In this document: positions 12,456-24,924 of the stretch, piece after piece | Layout of the letters: each line of letters starts with the position of its first letter | How positions within the stretch are numbered: position 1 is the stretch's first letter | Source of the DNA: Eledone cirrhosa | Taxonomy: Eukaryota | Length of the DNA stretch: 64,000 nucleotides | Direction: 5' to 3' | Assembly: GCA_964016885.1 (NCBI GenBank) | Contig: OZ024747.1 | Span: forward strand, 71,300,001 to 71,364,000 | Position numbers and translations under genes: made by a program | The notes under the pieces: model-generated | The model's database searches: none | The model's input: only the letters and a program-made list of their open reading frames with translations | What the model was told of the DNA's origin: nothing

Positions 12456-13210
12456 GTGTATTTGGTGTATACATTCGTATGCGTGCGGGTACAGGCGTTG
12501 CGTGGGTTCTGTATGTGCGTGCGGTTTTTTTTTTGGGGGGGGGGGGGGTACGTGCGTGTATTTGTATACCTATGGCGAGTGTTTTCGCGTATGCTTGTGT
12601 ATGCTTGTACGTATATGGATGCGTGTATGTATTTATTTAATTTCATTTACCTCTGTATTTATTTACTTTATTCTTAACTCTGAAGCCGAGAATCATTCGG
12701 TTTCCTAGTTAGAATTTTAGTCTACGACTTCAGTTATACCATTTACGTGGTTTTGTCTTTGCGTGCAATTGTTCTCCCCGCTCCACATATGACGTATTAT
12801 CTTCGGTTTTTTTTTCGTTCATTGCCAGAGAACGTCTCTATGAACCACCTAATAGAATATTAGTCTACGACTTCTTTTATACCAGAAACGTGTTTTTCAC
12901 CGCTCCAAATAATGACGTATTATATTCGTTTTTCCCCGTTCTTTGCCAGGGAACGTTTCCACGAACCAAAGTATCGTCTTCCTGTCTTTCTCCGGTTGCA
13001 ATGTTTTTTTGAAATATTCATTTCTGCGTTCACAGATTGACCGTGTTAGTTTCAAAAGATCCCGTTAAGGGTGAAAGCAGCAATTCTTTGCTTAAACTTT
13101 AATCTGTTATTTTAATAAATATTTGCTCTACGGTTCTTATATATTTGATATATATTTATCCTCATCGAGCCCTCTTTGGATTTTAGTCTTTAAATTTATT
13201 ATTATTACTA
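11058..13210 (+). mobile_element. Penelope-like element, 5'-truncated, with inverted 5' pseudo-LTR and 3' pLTR plus tail
   Basis: 11058-11300 is the reverse complement of ~12870-13121. A GIY-YIG coding remnant lies between them. The distal tail 13122-13210 occurs only on the right. Confidence 0.85.
11315..11990 (+). pseudogene. Penelope-like GIY-YIG endonuclease region (frameshifted)
   Basis: RRIIWYNPPY, FNRNTIKISYS, CNCR, then NIVYKC..ANIG..NRFKQRLYMHTHSF..TSLSAYVWSLK..CDLCTAE..LNK, spread across ORFs 11292..11708 and 11744..12079. Confidence 0.88.
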
Positions 13211-13215
13211 TAAAT

Positions 13216-13292
<77 letters not shown>

Positions 13293-13738
13293 GGGTGAAA
13301 ATATGTATGGTCTAGACGCAATTTAAGCAAAATTTCTACTTGCACCCTACCTCATTCAGAAATCTTGACATGAAAACCTCCACAGCGCTGGCTAAAAACC
13401 TCTGACAACTGAGGAAAAAAAATGGAGTATCGCATGATACTACATGGAAAGTGCTCGAAAAGTCCTCGCCATGCATAAACGTTCCCGAAAAGCGGCTCTC
13501 CACACTTTATTTGACTAAAGGGATTATTTTCCGTATTTTTGTCTGAACAGCCAATGAGAGGCCAGTTTTGAAGAGACTCCTCCACTATAGGGTGGTGGTC
13601 ATAACTGTACTCGGAAACCTGAGGTCACACATACATGTCAATGTATGAAATTTATTTTTATTAAATAAGCTCTCTTGAGAATTGTTTTCCTTGGCCTTTT
13701 ATCTGTGGATATCCTGCATACACGCGCACACATGCATA

Positions 13739-13805
<67 letters not shown>

Positions 13806-14083
13806 ATATATATATATATATATATATAACAACAAACGCACCAGAGTACTCGATACTTAGGGTAGTAGAGTGGGTAATAGGAAAAGAGTCAGGACCCCGA
13901 CGGCTGACCTCCGACCGTTTCGACAGCTATATCCGAATTATTTTCCTATATATATATGTGTGTGTTCGTGCGTGCGTGCGTGTGTGTGTGTGAGTGAGTG
14001 CGTTCGAATCTTTCCAAATCGGACCCTCTCCTATTCAAACCCCTAGATTTAGGGAAACAATTCACAACGATTATTGATCTTTG

Positions 14084-14229
14084 ACGCATAGAGTTACGGC
14101 GTTTGCCATTCTGAGTTCAAATCCCGTCGAGATTAACTTTACCTTTCATCCTTACGTGGTCGATAAAATAAAGTACCAGTAATGCATTGGGTAATTGCTG
14201 GCCTTGTGCCGAAAGAAGAAACAATTATT
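14084..14229 (+). mobile_element. tRNA-derived SINE family 1, 5'-truncated
   Basis: GAGTTCAAATCCC, CCTTTCATCCTTACG.GGTCGATAAAATAAAGTACCAG and AGAAACAATTATT tail. Confidence 0.85.
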
Positions 14230-14539
14230 GATCTTGATATCAGGATAATTCTGTACTTATGAAGCTCACTACTGTTCTTAGATACCTCTCATTGAATAAA
14301 AATGGAAGGGGCTCAACTGCTGGACGCATATAGGGCTGTGTCCATGTTGCTGAAGGTAATGACGTTGTCTGTTTATTCATCCTTGATGCTCAAAAGGAAA
14401 GAAAGCACCTTCCATACAATCGGAGTTTAGTAACAGCTGACTCAGCAACAGTTAATCTCAGATATTTTCTTGTTATTTTATATACAACAAGCATCCAGAT
14501 CTAATACCAAATTATTTGCCCTGTCTCCGAAAAGAATAT

Positions 14540-14973
14540 CAGATCCGTTATACTATGCTATATGAAAGTGAAACATGGACGCTTTCATCCAAACAACAAA
14601 AGCACCTTGATGGCACTTACACTCGCCTGCTTCAACGCATTTAGAACATAAGCTGGAGACATCTGACTTTGAGAGAGATATATGCCGGCCCCCCCACGCA
14701 TATCTGTTGTTGTACGTAAAAGGAGAGTAATATTTGCTGGCCACTGTCATCGTGTCACGTCTGAGGCTGTGTCCCCATTAGTGCTTTGGAAACCACAAGC
14801 AGTCACTAATAACAGGGGGCGCAAGCTCTCCTATCCCGATGTCATCTCCAGAGATTTTAGTATTGAAATCCAGGACTTGGCCACGGCAATGAACGACAGA
14901 CCCACCTGGAGATCAATTGTTGAGTCCATTTCGTCTGAGGCCGCCGGATGATGATGATGATGATGATGATGAT
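14540..14973 (+). mobile_element. 3' fragment of an RTE-like LINE with (GAT)n tail
   Basis: Degenerate SETWTL..LDGTYTRLL..NISWR, then RRVIFAGHC..VLWKP..AMNDRPTWR. The stop is followed directly by (GAT)n. Confidence 0.8.
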
Positions 14974-16679
14974 ACTTTTATACAGTCAAATCCTTAAGCA
15001 GTATTTCTTGTGAAATGCACAATGGATACCATGCTTTTCGATATTTTTTGTACTTCGTCTGAGGGCAATTTTTCCGACTAATCATATTTTGATAGAATAT
15101 TTCTATAAAGGGTTAGAGAATAGTTAGGTGTGATACACTGCTGATAAAGTACTTTTATCTACATCAGATTGACAACCGATTTTTGTTGTTACAGTTTTGT
15201 TTACTCTGTCTGTTTTTTAAGAAACTTAGTAACATAATTATTAATTCCAACTACAAAAGTCATAATCTGCCATATTCATAAACTGGTAATGTTTTGTTAG
15301 TGGTAAGAGTGTTACATCTACAGACTGTTTCTCAGGTGTTATTATATTGTAAGCGGTTTTGAGAGATATGATTCGAGAGTTTGATTCAAACTTAGAAGGT
15401 GCTGCTTCTAGCATCATTAAAAATATTTTTCGTGTATACACTCTTGTATGTTTTCTTATGAAATGCTATTTGAGTAACGCCATGAAGCACACCATATTAA
15501 CTCATACCTTGGTTCAATTAGAATTCTGTCAATGTTTTGTGAACATTGTGAAAATTTGTCCTTTTTGGTTTCATACAATGTGTCGGATTTCCACAAGCGA
15601 CTAATCGTACATCTCAAATATTGGGGATAGATATGTTCGTATGAGAATGCATTGTGGACTATTGATTTCTTGGCAGTACGTAAAAAGTAGTAATAAACAT
15701 ATCTTTTATTGTCGAAGGAAGCCGCGATAGAAATATTGATATTAATGAATACTTCCGTTTACATTTTCGTCCAGTTTTTTTACGAGCATCTTATTAAAGC
15801 AAAGTCTATTTAATTTTCTTAAAAAATATAGTGTTGATGTATATGTAAATACATTTGTACTGTTATATTATATAATAAAAATGTGCTATGTTCATGCCTT
15901 TTGCAAGAGAAACATGAAAAGATATATTCGATGTTAAAATGAAATTTAGGTAGCAAATCATTAGCCGTTGAAATTGATGTACACAGCTTCGACCATTACT
16001 GACGGTACTCATAGTCCATCTGCAGCTACGGAGACTGAGAAAATAGTCTAACACAGTCCTGGGAGTATTAAGATGAAAACAAAACAAAACTTACGTTTAT
16101 AGAATTAAAGTACTATTTTTAAGTCATACATTACATGCCGAAAAGAACCAGTTAAACCTGGAGACAAAAACACAGTCATAGAACGTGACACGCAGAGGAG
16201 AATATTTTGGTTAGGTTTAACTGCCACAGAAAGACGAAAAACTATGACAAGAGTCACGTGCTACATACTCATTAATATTCTGGTAGGAATTATAACATTA
16301 TTAGTATTCGATATAGTGTTGATGTGAATATCCCATTGAAGAAGAGCGAAATTTGTTTTGACGGAAAAGAAGTATCTTATAACATGTCGCTGAGTATTCC
16401 TAAACCGGATATATAATATTAAACAATGTAACAAACAAAGCAAGGTTTAGTACATAATTAATCCATTGTTTTAATATACTTTTAGAGGGCAAAATAAATA
16501 AATATTTTATCAATATATTGACTAACCTATAGGAATTATGCAGCACTATATCATTAAATTAAATACAGAGCATCCGTTTTCAGAAAAACAATACGTAACT
16601 AGTAAAACTTGTCCTACTTATTTCATTGTTCAGCATTATATATATGCATACATACATAAATACATACATACATGCATAC

Positions 16680-17306
16680 ATGATGGCTGCTCCCTCGATA
16701 TCGAGTATGGCCATGGCATGATATAACGTCCTTAATAATTACCAATTAATGCTATCGTGCAATGCCTGTGCATGAAGATTTTTTTTAAAGTGAGGAAAGA
16801 CTGTGCACTGCGCCAATTCCACTCTCTGAGCAACAGTAGCTATAACCTAAAAAGAAGAAAAGATCAACATCATCGGTAACTACTGTGCCGCAGGTTTTAT
16901 GTCGGAATTATCCCAGTTTCCTAAGTTGCCTTCTCCTAGAAGAATGCGCTGACAAAGACTAGAGGTCCTTCACTCCCAGTGGTTTAACCGCGCGATCGGG
17001 TATCCAGCCCGATTATTTCTATATCCCCGCGCATATATATACATTTGCATACAAGTATACACATATATACATATATATATGTACACATGTGTATATGCAT
17101 ACACATATTTACACATTTTTTTAGGGTCGTTGACTTTTATGAGTTCTTCCGCCCTTTGTCAGGTTTTGTTTTGTGTACTGCAGGGTTTCCAAAATCACCC
17201 TCCTCACCAAGTAAACTTGGTGGGGTTGCTAGTTTAATCGCCGACGACCCGACCATGCGACAGGTTGTAATGGGTTACATGTAACCAGTAGCACTCATGA
17301 GTGACC
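16680..17306 (-). mobile_element. Non-autonomous RTE-derived element, subfamily B, probably full-length, with internal microsatellite
   Basis: RTE-like 3' hairpin CTCGATATCGAG at ~16694-16705. Body matches 6165-6453. The 5' part 17121-17306 matches 43714-43900. Confidence 0.75.
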
Positions 17307-17326
17307 ATACATAAATACATACATAC

Positions 17327-17407
<81 letters not shown>

Positions 17408-17408
17408 C

Positions 17409-17548
<140 letters not shown>

Positions 17549-17840
17549 GTGTGTGTGTGCGTGTGTGTGTGTGCGTGTGTGTCTTCCCACCGAAAACCCG
17601 AGATCACCTCCAACTAGTAGCTGATGAACGGAAAAGAGCTTGGATTCCTGGAGAAAGGATGCAATGTCTTATGACCAGGATATTTAGAAACATTTCTGAA
17701 ATATTCAAAGTTTGAACGATCATACCAGGAACGATGGACATTTCCTTTTCTTTGCAACCTTATTGGCAGGTTACATATACTCTCACAATTAAGAAAAGGA
17801 GACAACCTCACACGCACACATACACATCTACTATATGATT

Positions 17841-18049
17841 ATTGGCAGTATTGGTAGAGCTTTGGACACAATGCTTTGCGCCATAGAGCCATGGCTCTTT
17901 ACATTCTGAGTTCAAATCCCTCCGAGGTTAGCTTTGCCTTTTGTCCTTACTGGGTCGATAAAATAAAGCACCAGTAATGCACTGGGGTCGATTTAATCGA
18001 CTTTTCCTCTCCCGAAATTGCTGGCCTTGTGTCTATAGTAGAAATCATT
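17841..18049 (+). mobile_element. tRNA-derived SINE family 1, near full-length
   Basis: A-box-like TGGCAGTATTGG, B-box GAGTTCAAATCCC and conserved core. The tail runs into (TATTA)n. Confidence 0.88.
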
Positions 18050-18190
18050 ATATTATATTATATTATATTATATTATATTATATTATATTATATTATATTA
18101 TATTATATTATATTATATTATATTATATTATATTATATTATATTATATTATATTATATTATATTATATTATATTATATTATATTATATTA
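18047..18190. repeat. (TATTA)n pentanucleotide microsatellite
   Basis: Perfect array read directly. Confidence 0.95.
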
Positions 18191-18565
18191 CCGTATTTCC
18201 CGGCGCCGAAGACGCTTCGTCCTCGAGGACGCACCCTAATTTTGACAAGCAAAAATTTGAACTAAAATAATTGTTTCTACTTTTGGCACAAGGCCAGCAA
18301 TTACCCAGTACATAACTGGTACTTTATTTTATCGACCCCGTAAGGATGAAAAGCAAAGTTAACCTCGGCGGGATTTGAACTCAGAATGATAAAGGCCGTA
18401 ACTCTATGCGTCAAAGCATGGCGTCTGACCCTCTACCGATACTGCGAATAGACCGCTCTCATTTGAACTAAAATAATAAACAACCTTCGGCCTCCAGGGC
18501 GCATGGTAGATTTTTGAGACTTTATTTTAGGAAAAAAGTAGCGTCTTCGACCCCGTGAAATACCG
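18191..18565. mobile_element. Tc1/mariner-superfamily (Tc2/pogo-like) MITE interrupted by a SINE
   Basis: Imperfect TIRs CCGTATTTCCCGGCGCCGAAGACGC and GCGTCTTCGACCCCGTGAAATACCG, with TA on both sides. Confidence 0.75.
18272..18460 (-). mobile_element. tRNA-derived SINE family 1 with 17-bp TSD
   Basis: ATTTGAACTAAAATAAT at 18255-18271 and 18461-18477. Confidence 0.92.
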
Positions 18566-18879
18566 TATGTTGCATTGTATTATATTATGTTATAATTTTG
18601 TATTGCAAGAAAACCTCGATAGAAAAAACATATCTAATCGGCGGCAAATAAAGTCTAAAATAATGCAACAATATACAAAATAACTTTAAAATTTTTAAAT
18701 ATTATGTTCAGTCATTTGGTTGCTTTTCAAAATGTTATTAATAGTTGGTAGATGAATTTTTAATGGATGGTAGATGAATTATATCTTTAAAACGGCTTAT
18801 CATTTTAAAACTGACATTAGGTGGATTGTCAGCATGGGGAGAAAGTTAATTAAACAACTTTGCAATATTTATTCAAGCA

Positions 18880-19035
18880 CCTTGACATTCTGAGTTCAAA
18901 TCCCGCTGAGGTCAACTTTACATTTCACCCTTCCGATGTCGATAAAATAAAATATCTGTCATGCATTGGGTTTGATCTAACCTATTCTAACTTTTCACCA
19001 AATATTGCTGGTCTTGTGCCTGAATTAGAAATCAA
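18880..19035 (+). mobile_element. tRNA-derived SINE family 1, diverged
   Basis: CTGAGTTCAAATCCCGCTGAGGTCAAC..GTCGATAAAATAAA. Confidence 0.75.
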
Positions 19036-19264
19036 TGATATATCTCTGATAACTTTTCCATTAAGCTATATAAAACCACATACAGTTCTAATATAATCTC
19101 CACAAATACTTAATGTGATCTATCTGTGGTTGTATATAATTTATAGATATAACCCGTACATATTTTAATCTTTATAATAATAAAACTATTAATTTTTATA
19201 ATAATAAACATTCTAATTTTTATAATAATAAAAATGTTAATTTTATAATGGTTACTTTATAAAT

Positions 19265-19698
19265 AATAATGGTTTCTTATATAGGCACAAGGCCAGCAAT
19301 TGTGGGGAAGGGGAAAGTCGATTAAATCGGTACCCCAGTGCGTGACTAGTACTTCATTTTATCGTCCCCGTAAGGATGAAAGGCAAAGTTAACTTCGGCG
19401 GGATTTGAACTCAGGTCATAAAAGGCCGTAACTCTATGCTACAAAGCATGGCGTCCGACCCTCTACCGATACTGCCAATCCACCGCCCTTACTTTATAAA
19501 TAATAATGGTTTCTTTATAAATAATTGTTTCTACTTTAGGCACAAGGCCAGCAAATTACCCAGTGCATTACTGCTACTTTATTTTATTGACCCCGTAAGG
19601 ATGAAAGGCAAAGTCAACCTCGGCGGGATTTCAACTCAGATTGTAAAGGGACGTAACTATGCTGGAAAGCATGGCGTCCGACCCTCTACCGATACTGT
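19265..19698 (-). mobile_element. Two tandem SINE family 1 copies (19265-19489 and 19520-19698)
   Basis: Both carry the core and CCTCTACCGATACTG head. Duplicated flank TTACTTTATAAATAATAATGG at 19252 and 19489. Confidence 0.88.
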
Positions 19699-19879
19699 CT
19701 TTTATTGTATTCTATGCTGTTATTTCCCACCATTCTGTATCACATATTGTATAACCATAAAGTAATTTTTAGCTGATAATCCAAATAGTTCCATACCATA
19801 TACTATTGAATTTAACCCATCTGTATATTTGTGCACATATATTTCGGTATGTGTACGTGCTTGTCAATGTAACGTGCGC

Positions 19880-19934
<55 letters not shown>

Positions 19935-19955
19935 TGTGTGTGTGTGTAAAGGGCT

Positions 19956-20388
19956 TAGTTTGAGTTACCAAAATAGTTGTATAAGTTGGCTAAAAAAACA
20001 CAACATACATAAATTTTCGGTTTGTGTTTGTGATATATATATAATATATATATATATATATACAGGGTGTCCCAAAAAATGTATACACACATTTGCTGTA
20101 TTTTAATAAATATTGCCTATACAGGTAATCAAAGTGTGTATACAACTTTTTTTTTGGGGGGGGGGCATTCTATATGTATGTATGCATGCGGGGGGGGGGG
20201 GTAGTTTAGTTACCAAAATAGTTGTGTAAGTTGGCTAAAAGAACACAACATACATAAATTTTGGGTTTGTATTTATGATATATATGGAGGGTGTCCCAAA
20301 AAACGTATACACACTTCTACAGCATTCTAATAAATATTGCCTGTACAAGTAATCAAAGTGTGTATACATTTTGGGGGAACACCTTGTA
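19956..20388. repeat. Tandem duplication (~230 bp unit), each unit containing a ~100-bp Tc1/mariner-like MITE
   Basis: GTTACCAAAATAGTTGT..AAGTTGGCTAAAA occurs twice. MITE TIRs are (C)AGGGTGTCCCAAAAAA.GTATACAC and GTGTATACATTTTGGGGGAACACCTTG|TA. Confidence 0.8.
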
Positions 20389-20721
20389 TGTGTTTGTGTG
20401 TGTCTTTGTGTGTGCGTGTGTTTGTGTGTGTGTATGTGTGTGTGTGTCTGTGTGCGTGTATGCGTGTGTGTGTGTATGTGTGTGTGTGTATGTGTGTGTG
20501 CACGCACATTGGGGGATATATGTGCATCCATTTTTATGTTACAACGAGTCTGTATTGTGTATGTACAACACTGCGTGCGTGCGTAGGAGTGTATTAGTGT
20601 GTGTTTGTGTGCTAGTGTGCTTGTAGAGTTTTGTATCAGTGTAGGTGTATGTTAATATATATATATGTGTATGTGTGTGTATGTGTGGGTATAATGTGGG
20701 TGGATGCGTGTGCACGTGTAG

Positions 20722-20862
20722 GTGACAATTACTTTACAAAGTCTGCCTGATGTCGCTGCAGTGCTGCACTGGACAGTTGCAACACTACAGCGACATCTGC
20801 AAAGTCTTGGTCGGCTGAAAGTTGATGAACAGATGATGAGAGATGATGGAGATGTTACATGA
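20722..20862 (+). other. Possible host terminal coding exon (VTITLQSLPDVAAVLHW...DGDVT*)
   Basis: Complex, GC-richer island after ..GTGTAG with 46 open codons. No protein family recognised. Confidence 0.2.
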
Positions 20863-21169
20863 GAAGTGGAAGAAGGAGAGAAAGAGTAAGGCAAAGAAAC
20901 TGTAACAGGGAGAACGAGCAGTAGAAGAAATGTGAGAAAGTTGCTGGGGATTGAGTAATTGAGAGAGGGGAGGGGTATAATGGAGCTGGAGTGAGGCGTA
21001 TATGTGTGGATGTGTGTATATAACTTGGTGTTATCGGACTATAGATATATAAGTGCATGTATGTGTGTGTGTATTATTTGCGTGTATGTATATATTATGT
21101 GTGAATGTGCCTATATAACTGGGTGTTATGGGAATATATATATACACACACACATATATATATACATAC

Positions 21170-21229
<60 letters not shown>

Positions 21230-21317
21230 ATGTGTGTGTGTGTATGTGTGTGTGTATTATTTGCGTGCATGTGTATATAATGTGACGTCGTTATCGGTGT
21301 GTGAACGGGTGGCAGTG

Positions 21318-21520
21318 TTGTTATTGTTGTTCAACCCCAGGTAAGCTCTGATAAAGCACAACTATAATCAAAGAAACTCCGGTCGTGACCATCACGCCTT
21401 TCCCCTATAAGCAGGGAAGCCATGACCACATTATACAATGCGTCCTTTACTACTTTTAGTAAGAAAGTAGGTTGTGAATTAAGGGCTATTTTACTGCTAT
21501 TTCTAACAGATCAAGCGGTG
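21318..21520. repeat. Old dispersed SINE-like repeat; other copies at ~21770-21960, ~41285-41440, ~46635-46840
   Basis: Shared CAGGT.AG..CT..., ATCAAAG..TTCC.GCC.TGAC and GTGTGATTTGAGG-like blocks. Confidence 0.6.
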
Positions 21521-22854
21521 GGGTATTGGGGGTATTGTAATATGAACGTCTTGGTGTCTATGTGTGGTGTTGGTGTGAGTTTATATCGTTGGGCTTCTAG
21601 ACATTGAATGTGATGTTGGTCAGCGTCTGTATGCGTGTGTGTGTGAATAGTAGGTTGTGTATTGTTAGACATTGGTAGGGTGCTGGTGTCTGTGTGTGCG
21701 CCTATGTATTTAATAAGTATTAGAGTCTGTGCAATATGTATGCTTGATGAAACATTGGAGTGTGAGCTGGGTTGTTGCTATTGGTCAGCCCGAAGCTGAC
21801 CTAAATAAAAAAAATTAGTTCTCGAACACAAGCCAGCCATGGCCATCTCATCTTTTGTCTTTGAGACAAAGTCTCCTTTAATTTTATAACGACAGAGTGT
21901 AATTTGAGAGAGAAATGTAGCTGCAATTTCTAGCAGATGAAGCAAATTATTAGAGAATTCTTTGTTTATTCGAGTTTTTTATGCAAGGCATGTAATGATG
22001 GGGTGTGTTGCCTATATATGTGTGTGGTAAAGTTTCGGTGCCCAGTGTAATGGTGTGCTTTTATGTCTATATGTGCCAGTGCTTTATAGAATTATAAACA
22101 TGTATGCATGTTTACTATATATATATATATATATATATATCGTTTTCGGTGCACCCGCCCGATTAACCCACTCGATATGCAAATTGGGCTACTCAGCCGT
22201 TAATATGCATAAGGTAAGTATATACGTTCAACAATCTGGCAGGAAGGTATACGCTGCTGACGATAGCTAATAAGCTTGAAACTAGTACAGCGTTCCTTTG
22301 TCAGTGTTGAACAAACGAGCAACGATGGTTGCTGGACACTACGGCTTAATACGAGATGTTTGTTTACAAACACACCGAGCATTATAATAAATGTTCGGTG
22401 AATCCATACGTACATATATATATGTGTGCATATATATATACATACTACTGTGCGTCTGTATACATATATGTATGTAGGTGTACATACTTATATTTAAGTA
22501 ACAGCCGTGGGAAATGAAATTTCGTTTCATTTTTTCCGTTTATATATATATATATATTATGAAAAGGGAGTAAGGTTCTATACAAAACAGGGGTTATAGA
22601 GAAAAAGTGGAATTGGAAATAGCACGGAAAATATATTTAAGGATCTGTTTGTTTTTTTATTCTTCTTTGATCCGTCAAATTAACATTATTGAAAAAATGA
22701 GAGAAACAATTCTCTTTCTTTTTTAAAGGGAGTTTTATAATGTATATAAAATATATAAAATACAGCCAGTTTCGATGTATCAGTGTAAACCATCTTATCA
22801 AATTCTGAAACAAAAATTTAAAATTTAAAATTAAGTGTTGAAAAGGCCTGATGC

Positions 22855-22894
<40 letters not shown>

Positions 22895-23056
22895 AAAAGT
22901 AGTTTGCTTGAAGCATTGTATATAATATATTAATATATTATATAATGTGGAAAGTGATATAAGACTAAACAATGCGAAATGGACGATAAAATGAAGGTAA
23001 CCAAATATTTAGTTACTTGGTAATCTGTCTTTGTTTTTGTTGCTGTTGTTTCTTTC

Positions 23057-23300
23057 GTCCTAATATTTCGAGACCTAAAATTCCCTTCTTCGGAGTATAA
23101 GGAACTTTTCAGTTTCTTCTCTTAGGAATTAAATTGATATTATATTTTATCAATTTAAATTTAATTCCAAAGAGAAGAAACCGGAACAGTTTTCTATGAG
23201 TTCCTTATACTCTGAAGAAGGGAATTTTAAGTCACGAAATAAGGACCATAAAATCTATTCATTTCTCTAATTGATTATTTATTCAGGATGGTTTTTCTCG
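23057..23300. mobile_element. Fold-back hammerhead-like PLE terminal repeat pair
   Basis: Inverted arms span 23057-23246. CTGAAGA(23212-23218)..GAAA(23236-23239) is mirrored by TTTC..TCTTCGG. Confidence 0.6.
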
Positions 23301-23664
23301 ATATTTGTTCACACTATTCTGAATACTGGTGTCATACCACAGAAAGGATCCGAAAGAATTTGGCGGAAATTGGCGGAAATCTTTGGAGTTGTGATGCTAT
23401 CAAGGCATTAAAGCTATTTCTACATGGCATCCTCTATGCAAATCAAACTAATAACCTATGCTTTGTATTCGCAGTACATGCTCATTGCCATACATACATT
23501 CTATACATATACCCATATGCATGTGTGTTATTACGTGAGTCTACACGTTGATACATTAACACGTAGACAAAAACCCTATCACTTCGCAGTGGAACGACTT
23601 TTACTCGTTTAAGAAATTAAATTTCGGGAGCTTATGCACACACATATACACACACATACACACG

Positions 23665-23754
<90 letters not shown>

Positions 23755-23810
23755 TGTGTGTGTGTGTGTGTGAGCATATATATGTATATATATATATATA
23801 TATATGCATA

Positions 23811-23861
<51 letters not shown>

Positions 23862-23884
23862 GTATATATATATATACATATATA

Positions 23885-23937
<53 letters not shown>

Positions 23938-24582
23938 CTGCGTGTGTGTGTATGTATTATACACCACATACGGGCATACAAATCGTTGGCATGAATAACC
24001 ACTTGAATACACTCATATGCTGCACACACTCACACTCTCACACTCTCATACACGTGCTCACATATTTATAAATAAACTGAGCCCTTCTTACGTGGATATC
24101 TGATAACATATATGTGCACACATTCTTTTACATGCATCTATAAACGATCTTTATTCAAACACACAAATAACGTACACAGGTATTAAAACGTTCTGGTACA
24201 AGTGCATACATTAAATCAAATACACGCACCCACTCAGACACTCACCAATACAGACGCACATTAACTCTTTACCTATTCAAACAGCCTAACATTCCATGTG
24301 AAAAGATAGCCGTACACTATTTAGGACATCATATCCCAAACAAGAAATTAGAAATTACCAAAGTAAAGAAAATAAATGAAGAGAAATCCTTAAATGCATG
24401 TGGATGTGTTGCTAAGAATGCACATTGATATCACAAACATGTGAAAGTGTCAGATAAAAACGAGTTCCTCAATATATATGCAACGACAGTACATCAATGA
24501 CATCCTTAATCACCCAAATAAAGTTTAATCAAAATGTGTGTTGATACTTAAATAGAAACAATACAGCTTCTTCTTATTATTA

Positions 24583-24632
<50 letters not shown>

Positions 24633-24677
24633 TTATGAAAATAAAACAAAGAAGCCTTCAATACATCAAAAGTCTTT

Positions 24678-24723
24678 ATTAGCCAACAATGTTTCGTCCT
24701 ATTAAGGACTCATCAGGGCAATC
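24678..24723 (-). ncRNA. Minimal type I hammerhead ribozyme (PLE-type)
   Basis: Minus strand reads ATTGCC-CTGATGA-GTCCT taat AGGAC-GAAA-C att G-TT-GGC(T)AAT, running into AATAAA. Confidence 0.75.
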
Positions 24724-24840
24724 AAAACCATATATATATATGTATAATACCTAACACCTTTCGTACGTAACTGTACTTCTTCTTGTTGTTATTTACTTTT
24801 CCTATATATATATACATATACATATATATATATATATTTA

Positions 24841-24920
<80 letters not shown>

Positions 24921-24924
<4 letters not shown>

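Noticed and set aside
22211-22219. Consensus splice donor AAG|GTAAGT
   Set aside because: No convincing acceptor or reading frame upstream.
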